Source: Octopus vulgaris
Lineage: Eukaryota
NCBI GenBank assembly: GCA_951406725.2
Contig: OX597824.1
Coordinates: forward strand, 15,438,001 to 15,502,000
Direction of reading: 5' to 3'
DNA length: 64,000 bases
In this document: positions 29,068 through 43,755 of the stretch, piece by piece
How positions within the stretch are numbered: position 1 is the first letter of the stretch
How the letters are laid out: each line of letters begins with the position of its first letter
Notes under the pieces: model-generated
Told to the model about the DNA's origin: nothing
The model's input: the letters and a program-made list of their open reading frames with translations, nothing else
Database searches by the model: none
Position numbers and translations under genes: made by a program

Positions 29068-29516
29068 TGATAGAGTTACTAAGAATGATGATGAAGCAAC
29101 GTCTGGCTCCTTGATTGCCAGTCTGTCATATAAATGTCTCACCAATTATGTATTGATATAGTGAGGTCAAAGGTGAAGGTTGAAATGTCAAGGTGGGATT
29201 TGTCAGCATTTTAGTAGCAATATGATGACGGCTGTGAAGGCAGATCTAATTGCTGTCGTGGTTGTGTTGCAGTAAGGGTCCTGGGTCATATTCGTTACTA
29301 TCGGAGTGGTAATTGTAGTAGGGGGATTGCCTGCAGTAATGGTTGTAGTAGTGGGTTGCGATAGAGGTGTTGGTGTTGTGGCTGGTGTCTGCAGTGCGGA
29401 TTGTAGTAGTAGAGGTGTATAAGGGGATGCTTGTTGTGTTTGATAGTAGTAGTATTTGTAGTTGTAGTGTATGGTACTGTTAATGGGTTCAGTAGTAGTA
29501 ATAGTTGTAGTAGTGT

Positions 29517-29840
29517 GAAGGCGCATGGCTCCGTGGTTAGAGTGTCGGGCTCACAATCATGAGGTAGTGAGTTCGATTCCCGGACCGGGATGTGTGTTGT
29601 GTTTTGAGCAAGACACTTGACCTCCCTTTGCTTCACGTTGCTTCAGTTTCACTCAGCTGCGGAAATTAGTTGCGATGTCACTGGTGGCAAACCGTATCGG
29701 CCCCTTTGCCTTTCCCTTGGATAACATCGGTGACATGGAGAGGGGAGGATGGTATGCATGGGAGACTACTGGACTTGTGCCTCGGAGGGGAACTTTCTAG
29801 GTGCAATCCCATGGTCATTTATGACCGAAGGGGGTCTTTA
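29517..29840 (+). mobile_element. tRNA-derived SINE, family D
   Basis: ggcgcatggctccgtggttagagtg...gagttcgattccc (A/B boxes), then gagcaagacact core; followed by (CA)n. Confidence 0.75.
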
Positions 29841-29841
29841 T

Positions 29842-29910
<69 letters not shown>

Positions 29911-30282
29911 CACACACATACGCACACATACAAACACACTCACACAGAAACATATAATCAGGTCATTTTTGTGGCCCAAATTCATGCCACTGGCCACTCT
30001 TATTCAATTTTTTGTGCATTTTTATTCTTGGTCCCTTATATAAGATATAATGTAAGGCTGGGACAATGCGAGAAGGTACAAAATAAACTAGAAAAGAAAA
30101 CAGAACAAAGTTGCAGGTTTACCTTGTATTTGTATATTTCGCGCCGAAGAGCCCTTCTTCGGGACATTCAGAAAATCGGTAGTTGGAAAAGGTTGTTACT
30201 CAGATGTGTTTGTTGGGGAGTGGAAGTTTCGTTCGCTCTTATCCGGTTTGGACTGGTCTGATCCGGATTTCATCAATCATTT

Positions 30283-30565
30283 TCATCAACGGAACAGCCT
30301 GCTTGTGAAATTAACGCGCATGTGGCTGAGCACTCCATAGACACGTGTACCCCTTAACGTAGTTCTCAGGCAGATTCAGCATGACATAGAGTGTGACAAG
30401 GCTGGCCTCTTGAAATACGGGCGCTACTCATTTCTGCTAGTTGAGTGGACAGGAGCAACGTGAAATAAAGTGTCTTGCTCAAGGACACAACGCATCACCG
30501 GGAAATGAACTCACGACCTTCCGATCGTGAGCCGAATTCCGTAACCGCTACGCCATGTGCCTTCA
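30283..30565 (-). mobile_element. tRNA-derived SINE sharing its 3' tail with family C
   Basis: tcaacggaacagcctgcttgtgaaattaacg tail; different middle and head. Confidence 0.8.
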
Positions 30566-30803
30566 GATTCACCCTTACCAAAGTAGTATTAATTGATAAG
30601 AAAATATATCAACTACCCTCTCTAAATGTTAACACCCATACACAAGCATGCACATTCAGACATTGATTACATTTAGACAGGTACGTGGACGCACATACAG
30701 ACTTACACTCACGCACACACACACACATATATATATGCATAGAAAATTGTATGAAGCTATGTTCATACCTTAGGGAAGTAAATACCACACTGAAATATAT
30801 AGG

Positions 30804-30830
<27 letters not shown>

Positions 30831-30838
<8 letters not shown>

Positions 30839-31123
30839 TAAGGGTAGAAATTGATATTTATCAATTAAGACCAGTGGTCTAGCATATTAAAAAAGAATCC
30901 GAAGATTAAAATATTTATATATACCAATTAAGGACTGAACACGAAAAGTGGACAGTCAACATGCTAGATATAGACGTCAGATCGCCATTCACCACAAAAG
31001 ATTATGTTCTCAGATCAAACTGTGTTGAGTTTGATCTGAGAACATAATCTTTTGTGGTGAATGGCGATTTGACGTCTATATCTAGCATGTTGACTGTCCA
31101 CTTTTCGTGTTCAGTCCTTAATT

Positions 31124-31133
<10 letters not shown>
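30831..31133. mobile_element. Fold-back element in (TA)n, Penelope-like terminus
   Basis: Arms ~30916-31021 and 31028-31133, loop gtgttg, one mismatch; 30831-30915 matches the reverse complement of 37945-38035. Confidence 0.75.
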
Positions 31134-31220
<87 letters not shown>

Positions 31221-31500
31221 CTCAAAGCCGTAGGGCGCCTGAGTCATCCATGTTTTTAACCGTTACTGTCTCCAAAAAAGATTTTTTCGTTTCATGTTCG
31301 TCTCTGTTGCGTTGCATTCTTTCCTTCTGTGGCTGGCTGATTCAGAGCGGATCTCAGAAGTAAACAGCCGAAATCTGCGATGAGGAATCAGTTTCTGACT
31401 GAAGAACGAAGGCTTTGAATGACCCGTTTGTCTTTTATGTTTGTCCCTTCGTGTATTTCACGTTATTTATTTATGTAAAGGTTTATTGTATATGGATATA

Positions 31501-32239
31501 CTAGCAGCTAAGCCCGGTTTCACCCGGTCTGTTTGGATGATGTTGCTGTGATCGTTTTCGGTTAGGCATAATCTATAACAGCGTTTCTCAACCTTATTTT
31601 TTCGGGGCCCCTGTTTTTGATTGGGGCCTCCCCGCTTGTCAGAAAACAGCTTCAGGAGTTGTGAAGAAAGAATTTGTACGTAGTCTGTTTCTGAGAGCTA
31701 TTCTATTGGACCTCTGTCTAATCATCAAAACATTAATTTAATTATGAACATAGAAAGAAATTATGCATTAATCCTTATTTTGTTAGCAGTTGTATCCGTA
31801 ACAATTTTATTTGCAGAGAAAGAAATTGAAAGAAGATATATGAAATGGATGTGTGTGTGTATGTGTGTGCGTATGTGTGCGTGTGCGTGCATGCTTGCGC
31901 GTGTGTATGTGAGAGAGAATAAGAGAGACAGCATAGCAAAAGTTTTGACTGACTGTCATCCTGTACTCACCTTGTTGCTAGCGAAATGGTATATGCCGGC
32001 TGTGTGAGCAATTGTTTGTTTTAAAGGCGGAACAGACAGGGGAAATCCATTAGAAAAAGTTTTAATCGATTTTCTCAGTAAGTATGGGGGCTAGGAAAAA
32101 AAATACAAACCGCAGTCTAATATATGCCCTCGTCTCCACATGTGTGCCATTTTTCACGTGAATCCACCCAGCCATTTGGCTGTGAACCTCATGACAAGAA
32201 AGAATGCAACGATCGCCCATGTCCAATTTATATTATAGA
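31501..32239 (-). mobile_element. Non-autonomous Helitron
   Basis: Minus strand starts A|TCTATAATATAAA and ends with hairpin ccgg-gtgaaa-ccgg then GCTGCTAG|T; no target duplication; internal (TG)n. Confidence 0.8.
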
Positions 32240-32246
32240 TTATCTT

Positions 32247-32314
<68 letters not shown>

Positions 32315-32332
32315 ACATACATACATACATAC

Positions 32333-32383
<51 letters not shown>

Positions 32384-32387
32384 CATA

Positions 32388-32500
32388 ACGGGAAGCTTTA
32401 TGAAAATAGACAAAAGACGAAGGCAGGTGGAAAACAAACAAACAATTGTATTAGTATGGCGCTCAGGAAATATAAATAAAACAAGTCTTTAACGTTTCGA
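32388..32500 (-). mobile_element. 3' fragment of the element family at 47020-47200, truncated inside the hammerhead-like motif
   Basis: Reverse complement tcgaaacgttaaagac...cctgagcg...ccacctgccttcgtcttttgt matches 47111-47195. Confidence 0.7.
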
Positions 32501-33551
32501 CATATATACACACACAGACACACCAGCATACACGATACAAGCAGTAATGAATACAATGGACAAGGTCTCATTTCTCATTGCATTATTGGCTTGCGCCCTT
32601 TTGCAATCAATTTATTGTACCCTATCAAATAGATTTTCGACAATTAGTTATTAGGGTCCATTCAAGCGCTATGAGTGGAACTAAACTGTCGGAAAGTACC
32701 TGGATACCCGTCCGATGGATTGAATCTGTTATTCGAAGTTCCAACCATACCACACGCTTACCCACGCTGACTCTATCTTGGATTTACGTTAATGGTACGA
32801 GTGTTTGTGGTATACTCAACCACTTATACATTAATTTAATGAATATGCATTTCAATTGATCGAATAGCTGAATCCTCATCGTCGAAATCGAATCCAAGTC
32901 TATTTACTTGACTTGTACATGTGTGTGTATGTGTGTGTATATACGTGTCTTTTTATTGCACCACTGCGTATGTAAATAAACGTAAGATAAAGCTACCAGG
33001 TAGAAAAGTCACTACACGTGTCAGTAAAGAAGATACGTTAATCATTAAATGTTTATAAACGGTGATCAGGACAGAATGAACGACTGTTAAATCTATAATA
33101 CAACAGTGGTTGTGTTGATGTGGTTATGAGGTAGATCTGCTGGAAGATAGGGGTGTTTCAATTTAACTAGATGTTAAGTCGTATCACAATATAGTAACAC
33201 CTGTTGATATTAATACTTTGTCGATATTTCTCCCTGCAACACACGTTTCAGCATATTTACTATGTAATTTATACTCTTCTAGTCTTTTGCACTTATATTT
33301 ACCTCAATCGATGGACTGCAGCCAAGCTGGGGGCCCCGCCTTAGAGGTTATTTTAGAGGTTATCATGTTGCCTTCAGAACTGTTTATTTTAAAGTTTGGT
33401 ACTAATTTTGTCATTATATTTCGTCCTATATTTATGGATTGCCATATTACCTTTACGATAACTACTAATATCCAGTACCGTTGCCGTAGTCGCCTTTAGA
33501 GAGACTTAGAAATAATAGTATTTCTATATACTAATTTTGTCAATTAGTATA

Positions 33552-33771
33552 TACTCTTTACTCTCTTTACTCTTTTACTTGTTTCAGTCATTTGACTGCG
33601 GCCATGCTGAAGCACCGCCTTTAGTCGAGCAAATCGACCCCGGGACTTATTCTTTGTAAGCCCAGTACTTATTCTATCGGTCTCTTTTTGCCGAACTGCT
33701 AACTTACGGGGACGTAAGCACACCAGCATCGGTTGTCAAGCAATGCTAGGGGAACAAACACAGACACACAA

Positions 33772-33829
<58 letters not shown>

Positions 33830-33985
33830 CAGGCTTCTTTCAGTTTCCGTCTACCAAATCCACTCACAAGGCATTGGTCGGCCCGAGGCTATAGCAGAAG
33901 ACACTTGCCCAAGATGCCACGCTGTGGGACTGAACCCGGAACCATGTGGTTGGTTAGCAAGCTACTTATCACACAGCCACTCCTA
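33552..33985 (-). mobile_element. SINE family B, full length
   Basis: Reverse complement of the 15321 copy. Confidence 0.9.
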
Positions 33986-34130
33986 TATAGTATATAGTAT
34001 TAGTCGCTTTTAGAGAGACTTAGAAAAAATAATATTTCTATTTTTGAAAACCAGTGGATGTATTCCACTGAATTTAGGTAAATAATCCTTCGAACAGACG
34101 GTCTGCAGCGACGCCTGCTGGGTTCGGCTA

Positions 34131-34175
34131 CTCTGCATTGATAAAGGGCAAATAATCTGAAACAGGTCTGTAGAG
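34131..34175 (+). ncRNA. Degenerate minimal hammerhead motif at the tip of a long hairpin
   Basis: ctctgca-TTGATAA-agggcaaataatct-GAAA-cagg-TC-tgtagag; 7-bp stem I; core differs from CTGATGA by two transitions. Confidence 0.6.
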
Positions 34176-34854
34176 GCCTGACCAGCAAAGGGAAGCGGCT
34201 GACCTCCCCTGTTCGAAGGTTATAATGGACACGGGTTCGTGTGTCATATAGCTAGCTAGAGGCGATGGCCTCTTGGAGCTAATCAACGGCAGCATTTCGT
34301 CCTATATTTATGGACTGCCATATTAGCTTGGCGATAACTATTAATATCTAGTACCGCTGCCGTAGTTGCCTTTAGAAAGACTTAGAAATAATAATATTTC
34401 TATATACTAATTTTGTCAATTTTCTTTTATTTATCTTAGTTATTCATCCTTTTTTGATACACTGAATTTGCGGACATAAATATAGAGCACCGTTTTCAAG
34501 CGACGTCACTGTATAAACAACAAAAAACAATCAGAAATACACAAACTATGTCAAAGATGGGGCTGTGTCATTCGAATACAGTGAACTTCCGGATTGCCGA
34601 CGGCCATTTCAAGAGAAGGCAGACGGTAGGTCCAAACTGTAGAAGCGAGTTAGATACGTGGAGATGAATACTCTGTTCCACAGAATAACAGAAATATGTT
34701 TCGCATTTCAAACTCCTAACTATAGATAGAGACAGAAGTTAGACAATACAGTGATGAGTTTTAATACGAAAAGTTTTGAGGATAAAGCATTTAATCCTTT
34801 TCTTTTCTTCCGGCAACACCGTTTCGTCAACTTCGCAGTTAGAATTTCATTTAT

Positions 34855-35135
34855 TCTTTACGTATTCTGTCGTTCTGTTTTGCCGAACGGCTAAGTTACG
34901 GGAGCATAAACACACCAGCATCGGATGTCAAGCGACAGTGGTGGGACAAACACAGACACAAAGACACACACTTTAATATATACATATACATATAGACGAC
35001 GGGCTTCTTGAAGCTTTCCTCCACAAAATCCACCCACAGGGTTTTGGTCGACCCGAAGCTATAGTAGAAGACATTTGCCCAAGGTGTCACGCAGAGGGGC
35101 TGAACCCAGAACCATGTGGCTGGGAAGCAAACTTA
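34855..35135 (-). mobile_element. SINE family B, partial
   Basis: Colinear with the other B copies. Confidence 0.8.
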
Positions 35136-35236
35136 GTTTCATGTAGTCGCATATCTACTGCCTACGTCATACGTAATAGCACTGACCTACAATCTAGAAT
35201 GTACACACGAACATATTTGTGAGTGTGCTTACGTGT

Positions 35237-35294
<58 letters not shown>

Positions 35295-35328
35295 TATAAT
35301 TTGTTAGACTTCTTCCTAGAACCAAAGG

Positions 35329-35395
<67 letters not shown>

Positions 35396-35419
35396 CTCTC
35401 TCTCTACCTAACTACCTAC

Positions 35420-35487
<68 letters not shown>

Positions 35488-35508
35488 GTATATGTATATG
35501 TATATGTA

Positions 35509-35577
<69 letters not shown>

Positions 35578-35586
35578 GTATATGTA

Positions 35587-35647
<61 letters not shown>

Positions 35648-35665
35648 CTATGTATATATATATGA

Positions 35666-35727
<62 letters not shown>

Positions 35728-36320
35728 ATGCATCCACACAATCCGGTTTCAACGACATTAATCTGTCTCTGCTTTGTCGTTGAGGCATCGCACACTGAAC
35801 TTGTCAGGATATCAATATAAATCTATACCATTCACGTACAAGGTTATGAAAAGAAAAGAAAAAAAAGACCTCAAAGGAAAACGACATATTCACATACTCT
35901 GACGACATACTTTGACATCATAAACATACACTCTCTCATACTTCCACACATACACGTATATTCACTTGTGTAGTTAAAATTGATTATAACTATACAATAG
36001 TGTATAATCTATACGACTCATTAGAATAACATTTAGAAGGCGTAACTTTCCAGCCTAATTACTTAGTTCACCACAGATTTATACACAGACATCGACATAC
36101 ATAGACAAAATAGGAAAAAAAGCATGAATACAAGCATTTAGTGTCGATTAGAGAGGGTGGAAACTATGTTATTTATGAGGGAAAATGTGAGAATATATTT
36201 AAAAAAAAAAATTACGTCTTGCCAGACGCCTTTCTTTAAAACTTTTGTACGGTAGGTAGGTATAGATGTGTAAGTGTATGTTTGTGTGTGTTTATGTGCG
36301 TGCGAGCGAGCGCGAACGTA

Positions 36321-36371
<51 letters not shown>

Positions 36372-36379
36372 TTTATTTT

Positions 36380-36802
36380 TTAACTGGTTTCAGTCATTTG
36401 ACTGCGGCCATGCTGGGGCAGCGCCTTAAAGTTTATTTATTAATTTTTTTTTTTTTGGTAGTCGAAGAAATCGACCCCATGACTTATTCTTTGTAAGCGG
36501 GGTACTTATTCCGTCGTTCTGCTTTGCCGAACGGCTAAGTTACGGGAGCATAAGCACACCAGCATCAGTTCTCAAGCGACAGTGGGGCGGGAGGGGGCCA
36601 AACACAGACAAAATACAGACACAATGACACACACTTTAACATATACATATACGTATCGACGATGGCCATTTTTCAGTTTTCCTCCACAAAATCCACCCAC
36701 AGGATTTTGGTCGGCCTGAAGCTATTGTAGACGACACTTGCGCAGAGGGGCTGAACCCAGAACCATGTGGCTGGGAAGCAAACTTCTCACCACACAGCCA
36801 CA
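36380..36802 (-). mobile_element. SINE family B
   Basis: Colinear; shares diagnostic variants with the 34855 copy. Confidence 0.85.
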
Positions 36803-37056
36803 CTATATATGTGTGTATGTGTATGTACATGTATATATATGCGTGTGTGCCTATACACACACACACGCATACACCGCCCCACATACACACATACGCACAC
36901 ACAGGGAATTGTGCAACTCAAATGTGTATATATATATATATATGCAACTCATATATATATAAGTTCAGCAAAATTTAGATTTAGATGAATATGGTACTTA
37001 AGCTAAAGGCATTAGAATTTGGTATGGTATTATCCATATAAATCAAATGGGGTGAT

Positions 37057-37182
37057 TATAATCAAAATAAGCAAAAAGGGTAACCAAATTAGTGTAATAC
37101 TTACAGTGTTTAATAAAATGAAGTAGCATGAAACGATTGTACTACACTATCTTGGATATCCTTGTTGCTTATTTTGATTATA
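37057..37182. mobile_element. Short fold-back element carrying a hammerhead 3' half (GAAACGATTGTA), abutting (TA)n
   Basis: tataatcaaaataagcaaaaagggtaaccaa pairs imperfectly with ttggatatccttgttgcttattttgattata. Confidence 0.6.
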
Positions 37183-37212
37183 TATAATATATATATATAA
37201 TAAATATTAGGA

Positions 37213-37250
<38 letters not shown>

Positions 37251-37254
<4 letters not shown>

Positions 37255-37459
37255 GAAAAAATATGACTTAATCAATACATAAAATTTTAATAAAAGTCAA
37301 AAAACCGCCGCTACAATTGTTTTTGTCCTGATCGACAATCTTCAGGTGGACTTCCAATTTTCAAGTCAGTTTCAAATTATGAAATTTTGACTTTTTATTA
37401 AAATTTTATGTATTGATTAAGTCTTTCCTTGTTTGTTTTGTAGTGGTTTTGTCTCTAAT

Positions 37460-37465
<6 letters not shown>
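37251..37465. mobile_element. Fold-back element in (TA)n with a degenerate minus-strand hammerhead (37308-37349)
   Basis: Arms 37265-37302 and 37385-37423; minus strand ccac-CTGAAGA-ttgtc gatcag gacaa-AAA-caattg-TA-gcgg (G12 lost). Confidence 0.65.
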
Positions 37466-37519
<54 letters not shown>

Positions 37520-37665
37520 GTAGGTAAAAATGGCACAGGTAAAAATGGCACACGTAAAAATGAGAAAATACGTTTACTGAAATATACACTATTGGTTCAT
37601 AGTCCGTATTATACTAGTTCCGTTTTTTATTTTATTCATATATAAATACAAATACATACATACAT

Positions 37666-37702
<37 letters not shown>

Positions 37703-37722
37703 TACACACACATATATATATA

Positions 37723-37790
<68 letters not shown>

Positions 37791-37796
<6 letters not shown>

Positions 37797-38521
37797 CATA
37801 CGTATAAGAGGGATGACCACTAAGTGGACATACATTATGCTAGAGGTAGACCCCATATGGTCTAACCACTAAGATTGTTCTCAAGAAAATTCAGCATAAT
37901 GGATATCCACTTAGTTGTCATCCCTCTTGTATGTAATATAATTTTTCTGAATCTTCAGATTTTTCAATATGCTAGGCCACTGGTTTTAAATTGATATTAA
38001 TCAAATTAATATTCAATTTTTCACTCTTATTATTTAAATTCAAATAACCATATTCTCTAACCGTCAGATTTCACTCCAGAGAATTATTTTCTGCAGAATT
38101 ATTTCCGGTATTTTGGCGCTCCAAAATGAAGACTTTTGAAATATAAACCCAAATGTAATTGGTAGAACTGTATGCATGTTCAATCTCGTGTGGACGTCTC
38201 GTGTATAGTTCTGTAAATTATATTTTGCTATGACGATCGCACTGATGAATTGCGGACATTTACGTAAGTATTACGTAAGTAGTAACATTGAAACTGGTTT
38301 GTGATTAATCTTTATATTTTGTATCTTTTCACTTGTCTTGTTCGCTTCGTTCTGGTGTTTGCTGAATTTTCTTGAGAACAGTCTTTTGTTAGTGGTCAGA
38401 CCAAATGGAGTCTAACTCTACCACAATGGTTGACCACTTAGTGGTCATCCCTCTTAGATGTATGTAATATAAGTTTTCTGAATCTTCAGTTTTCTCAAAT
38501 TAATATTCAATTTTTCACCCT

Positions 38522-38527
<6 letters not shown>
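37791..38527 (+). mobile_element. Penelope-like pLTR-type non-coding element with direct and inverted terminal copies, in (TA)n
   Basis: 37793-37896 is an inverted copy of ~38360-38468; 37907-37965 is a direct copy of ~38434-38497; contains a hammerhead. Confidence 0.7.
38236..38305 (+). ncRNA. Minimal type-I hammerhead ribozyme motif
   Basis: atcgca-CTGATGA-long stem II with ttacgtaa gta ttacgtaa-GAAA-ctgg-TT-tgtgat. Confidence 0.7.
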
Positions 38528-38602
<75 letters not shown>

Positions 38603-38713
38603 ATATATAGATACATAGTGCTATATATACATGTACATACATATTTAGGTGCGTATACACTTGGTGGATGCAATTCTGTATACGCCCGTATATGCGTGTG
38701 CATATAAATATAC

Positions 38714-38778
<65 letters not shown>

Positions 38779-39152
38779 CGCTGAGTAAGAGAGAGAGAAT
38801 GTGCGTATGTATGTATATGTGTGTGCATACATATATATAATAAACATAAGCATACATGTATTTGCGAATAGGCACAAGAAATAACTACGTTTGTATAAGC
38901 CGGTGCGTAAGTATGTATAAATGCATACACACATAGACACACACATGTATATAAATGGTAACTATATGCTTAGTGTAGTATGAACATATACACATACGTA
39001 AAAACTTTGTTCTATTTCTTTTGCTTATAGAGTATATTTCAGTAAGCTTATTATTGCGCCATTTTTGTAAGAGTGGTACTTATTCTATCGTACTTACTCT
39101 TTCTATTCTTTTTCACTTGTGCCATTATTACCGTTCACCATATACGAATAAT

Positions 39153-39366
39153 ATACTCTTTTACTCTTTTACTTGTTTCAGTCATTTGACTGCGGCCATG
39201 CTGGAGCACCGCCTTTAATCGAGCAACTCGACCCCGGGACTTATTCTTTTTGTAAGCCCAGTACTTATTCTATCGGTCTCTTTTGCAGAACCGCTAAGTG
39301 ACGGGGACATAAACACACCAGCATCGGTTGTCAAGCAATGCTAGGGGGACAAGCACAGACACACAA

Positions 39367-39419
<53 letters not shown>

Positions 39420-39515
39420 TACGACGGGCTTTTTTCAGTTTCCGTCTACCAAATCCACTCACAAGGCTTTGGTCGGCCCGAGGCTGTAGCAGAAGACACT
39501 TGCCCAAGGTGCCAC
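39153..39515 (-). mobile_element. SINE family B, head lost at a (CATA)n array
   Basis: Colinear with the 33552 copy. Confidence 0.85.
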
Positions 39516-40035
39516 ATACATACATACATACATACATACATACATACATACATACATACATACATACATACATACATACATACATACATACATACATACA
39601 TACATACATACATACATACGAATGCATATATATCTTTGTATGTGTGTATGTATGTATCCATCTATGTATGTATGTATGTATGTATGTATGTATGTATGTA
39701 TATATGTATGTATCTATCTATCTATCCATCTTTCTTTCTCTCTTTCTCTCTCTCTATGGATATATATACATATATATATGTCTGTCTATCTCTCTCTCTC
39801 AATATATATATATATATATATATATGTGTGTATGTGAGTGTGTTTGTGTGTGTTTGTGTGTGTGTTTGCGTACTCATGTCGATGTATAAATATAGGTGTG
39901 TATATATGAATAAATAAGCGTAAATCTATAACTATCTATTTCTCTGGCGATATGTCTGTCTGTGTTATGTATGTATGAATGTATGTACGTATGTATGCAA
40001 ATGTGTATACATTCGTATATATACATATAAATGGG

Positions 40036-40066
<31 letters not shown>

Positions 40067-40188
40067 CACAGAAGCATTGTTGTCATAGCTGAAAATGAAG
40101 TGAAAACAAAATACTTTAGACTTGCTGAAGTGAGGCGTGTCACGTGAAGAGCGTATTTATTTATCATGTAAATACGCGCACGCAGACA

Positions 40189-40242
<54 letters not shown>

Positions 40243-40693
40243 ATATACACGAATACAACACAATAAGTCATAAATTTGTAAAAATGTACCTATATCACCT
40301 AGTTTTATGCTAATTACTTCATTCACCAATTAGCAGAAACAATCGCCCATACGAATGTGTTGAAATGACAGATGGCTAGTCTGTCTGTCTGTCTGTTCGG
40401 CTGGCTGACTGTGTCGTGAGTATACGCATGTGTAATGACCTGGAGCAATCGAATATATTTAAAAAGAAAAAGACTCTTTTGCCTTGAACACGCGTTGTCG
40501 AGTGGTTAAATCATAACATTTACGATGTAAAATCGTGGTTTCGTGTCTCGAACAGAGCAGTGTTGTATTCTAGAAAACAAAAATACGTTTATTTCACGTT
40601 GCACCAGTTCAGTCGGCTGTAAATGCGCTCCAGCAGGGGCTGGGAAGTAAAACCTTGCGACAGTCCGGTGTCCCGTTAAGGGAAGGAGAGTAG

Positions 40694-40838
40694 TATAAGG
40701 TTGTCCCAAAAGTTCGTAGAAAGTCTTGGAAAATAATGGTCTTTATTTTGAGGAATAATTTTTGTTGTTTTTGTTAGTACTTGGCGAGTAAAAATTCAAT
40801 TTTCGCAAGTGTTTACGAACTTTTGGGACTACCTAATA
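40694..40838. mobile_element. Mariner-type MITE (~145 bp)
   Basis: tataaggttgtcccaaaagttcgta ... tacgaacttttgggactacctaata; TA at both ends. Confidence 0.85.
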
Positions 40839-40850
40839 TTACATAATAAT

Positions 40851-40992
40851 CTATTTCTTTACTACCCACAAGGGGCTAAACACAGAGGGGACAAAGGACA
40901 AACAAAGGGATTAAGTCGATTACATAAACCCCCAGTGCGTAACTGGTACTTAATTTAATCGACCCCGATAGGATGAAGGGTAAAGTCGACTT
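40851..40992 (-). mobile_element. SINE family A, 3' part
   Basis: ctatttctttactacccacaaggggctaaacacagag... tail. Confidence 0.85.
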
Positions 40993-42012
40993 CGACTTTT
41001 CGTAATTACCTCAGTCATTGCACTGAGGCCATTCTGGCACACTGCCTGGTACAGGAACGTAAACAAACCAATGCCGGTTGTCACGTTGTGGGGAGGATGA
41101 CGATCAACCCAAACCCAAAGATGCACACACTAACACACACTGTATATGGTAGTGTAATCCTTATACATCACCCGTTCTTCATTTTCTCATTGATTGTTTT
41201 CATTCACGCTTATTTGTATTTATGTACATCCAGTGGACCTTATTCAATTATCAATTTATCCGTTATTTCTCCCCATTAAACTAATAAAAATCCATATTTG
41301 TCCTTCGTCCTTTGGTTCGTCGTTAATACAATTACATTGGTTTGTTTTTGAATAGTTTAGTCGAAATCATATCCATAGAACACACCAAATTGCTTTCAAA
41401 TGCAGCTATTTTTAGCAGGAAATGTTGGTTAGTTTTAATAACAGTTATCCTAATTTCTATAATATTCCAAATAGATTCTGTTCAACAGCTAAATCGATAG
41501 AGAAAAGGCCTTCAACAAAAGTGTAATTCATATACTATAATGTACGAATAGAACATAGATAATTTCATGCGTTTAGAATTGCGAATTATTATTGACGATG
41601 AAACGGCCATAGTTTTCTGACAGTTGTATGGCGATTGTTATTAAGCAGAAGAAAACTCGCCACCTGCAAAAACCAGTGGAGCAGAAACCAATCAAAAATT
41701 GTTTTGAAATTAACCGAAGCATATATTAGAGAGGTTCGTATGATGCAGTTTTGTGTCAGAGCATCGCAGATTCTGAAAGCTTTGTTTAATTACCCAATGG
41801 AAAATTCCTATGAATTTCCTTTGTTCTCTTTGGAACTAAATAGTTCTCAAAACAGTCTTTCGTCCTATTTGGAGAAAATATTTCGATGAAATATTTTTGA
41901 AATGTTTTCGATAACAATTTAAAGGGGAAAAAATGAAAATAATTGAGCCGTAACTAAGAATATAACCACTTGCTCTTTTCTTCTTTATGAGTGAGTACTC
42001 AGCCTCCTTCAC

Positions 42013-43013
<1,001 letters not shown>

Positions 43014-43195
43014 AAGGTGGCGAGCTGGCAGAATCGTTATCTCTCCGGACACAATGCTTAACAGCATTTCTCTCATCTTCACGTTCTGAGTTCAAATTCC
43101 GTTGTGTTTGACTTTGCCTTTCATCCTTTCTAGGTGGATAAAATAAGAACCCCATATAACCCAAATTTATGATTTTGTACCTATATCTGAAATTA
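43014..43195 (+). mobile_element. SINE family A, diverged
   Basis: aaggtggcgagctggcagaatcgtta...gagttcaaattcc. Confidence 0.8.
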
Positions 43196-43755
43196 GTAGC
43201 AAAGATATGTAGTGGAGGAAACGTTAGTGCTGGACGAAATTTCTAGTTTATATTTAAAAAAAAATTTTAACGTTTTCATTTCAATTCCTGCCGTAGTTAG
43301 CTTTGACAAAGTACTATCCAAATATTAAAATAGATATAATCGACTGTTCTTCCCTCCTCCCGACTTACAAATTTCTGATCCTATGAAATTGATGGATTGT
43401 TAGAATCGGTAGAGCTGGCAGAAACGTTAGCACGCCGGGCGAAATGCTTAGCAGTATTTCGTCTGTTGTTAAAAAGATTAGAGACATTTGCGGTCATCGC
43501 AATTAACTAATATCCTTTTTTAATCGAAAAAGATTTTAGGACACGTTTTCTCTTGTTCTGATCACTGGTGGTAACCATATCTCCCCGTTGACATTTTGTT
43601 TTCTCCGTAACAGCTGCAAAGACACCACTATATATTTCATCCGTTCTTATGTCTCATTTCTACCGAACCAATTGACAATCGTATCCAAGTGCTTCTTGGC
43701 ACCACTAAAGTAGCAGTTTTATTTCAAAGCAACGAAACTACCAGAATCTTTAGCA

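Larger units (their letters stand above)
33416..34421. repeat. ~128-bp direct repeats (33416-33545 and 34294-34421) with a partial third copy near 34001-34042
   Basis: atttcgtcctatatttatgga...gacttagaaataata...ctaattttgtcaatt occurs twice. Confidence 0.85.

Noticed and set aside
37943-37960. Minus-strand CTGAAGA-ttca-GAAA (also near 38475)
   Set aside because: No stem I or III; better explained as the hairpin ctgaa-ga-ttcag in the element tail.
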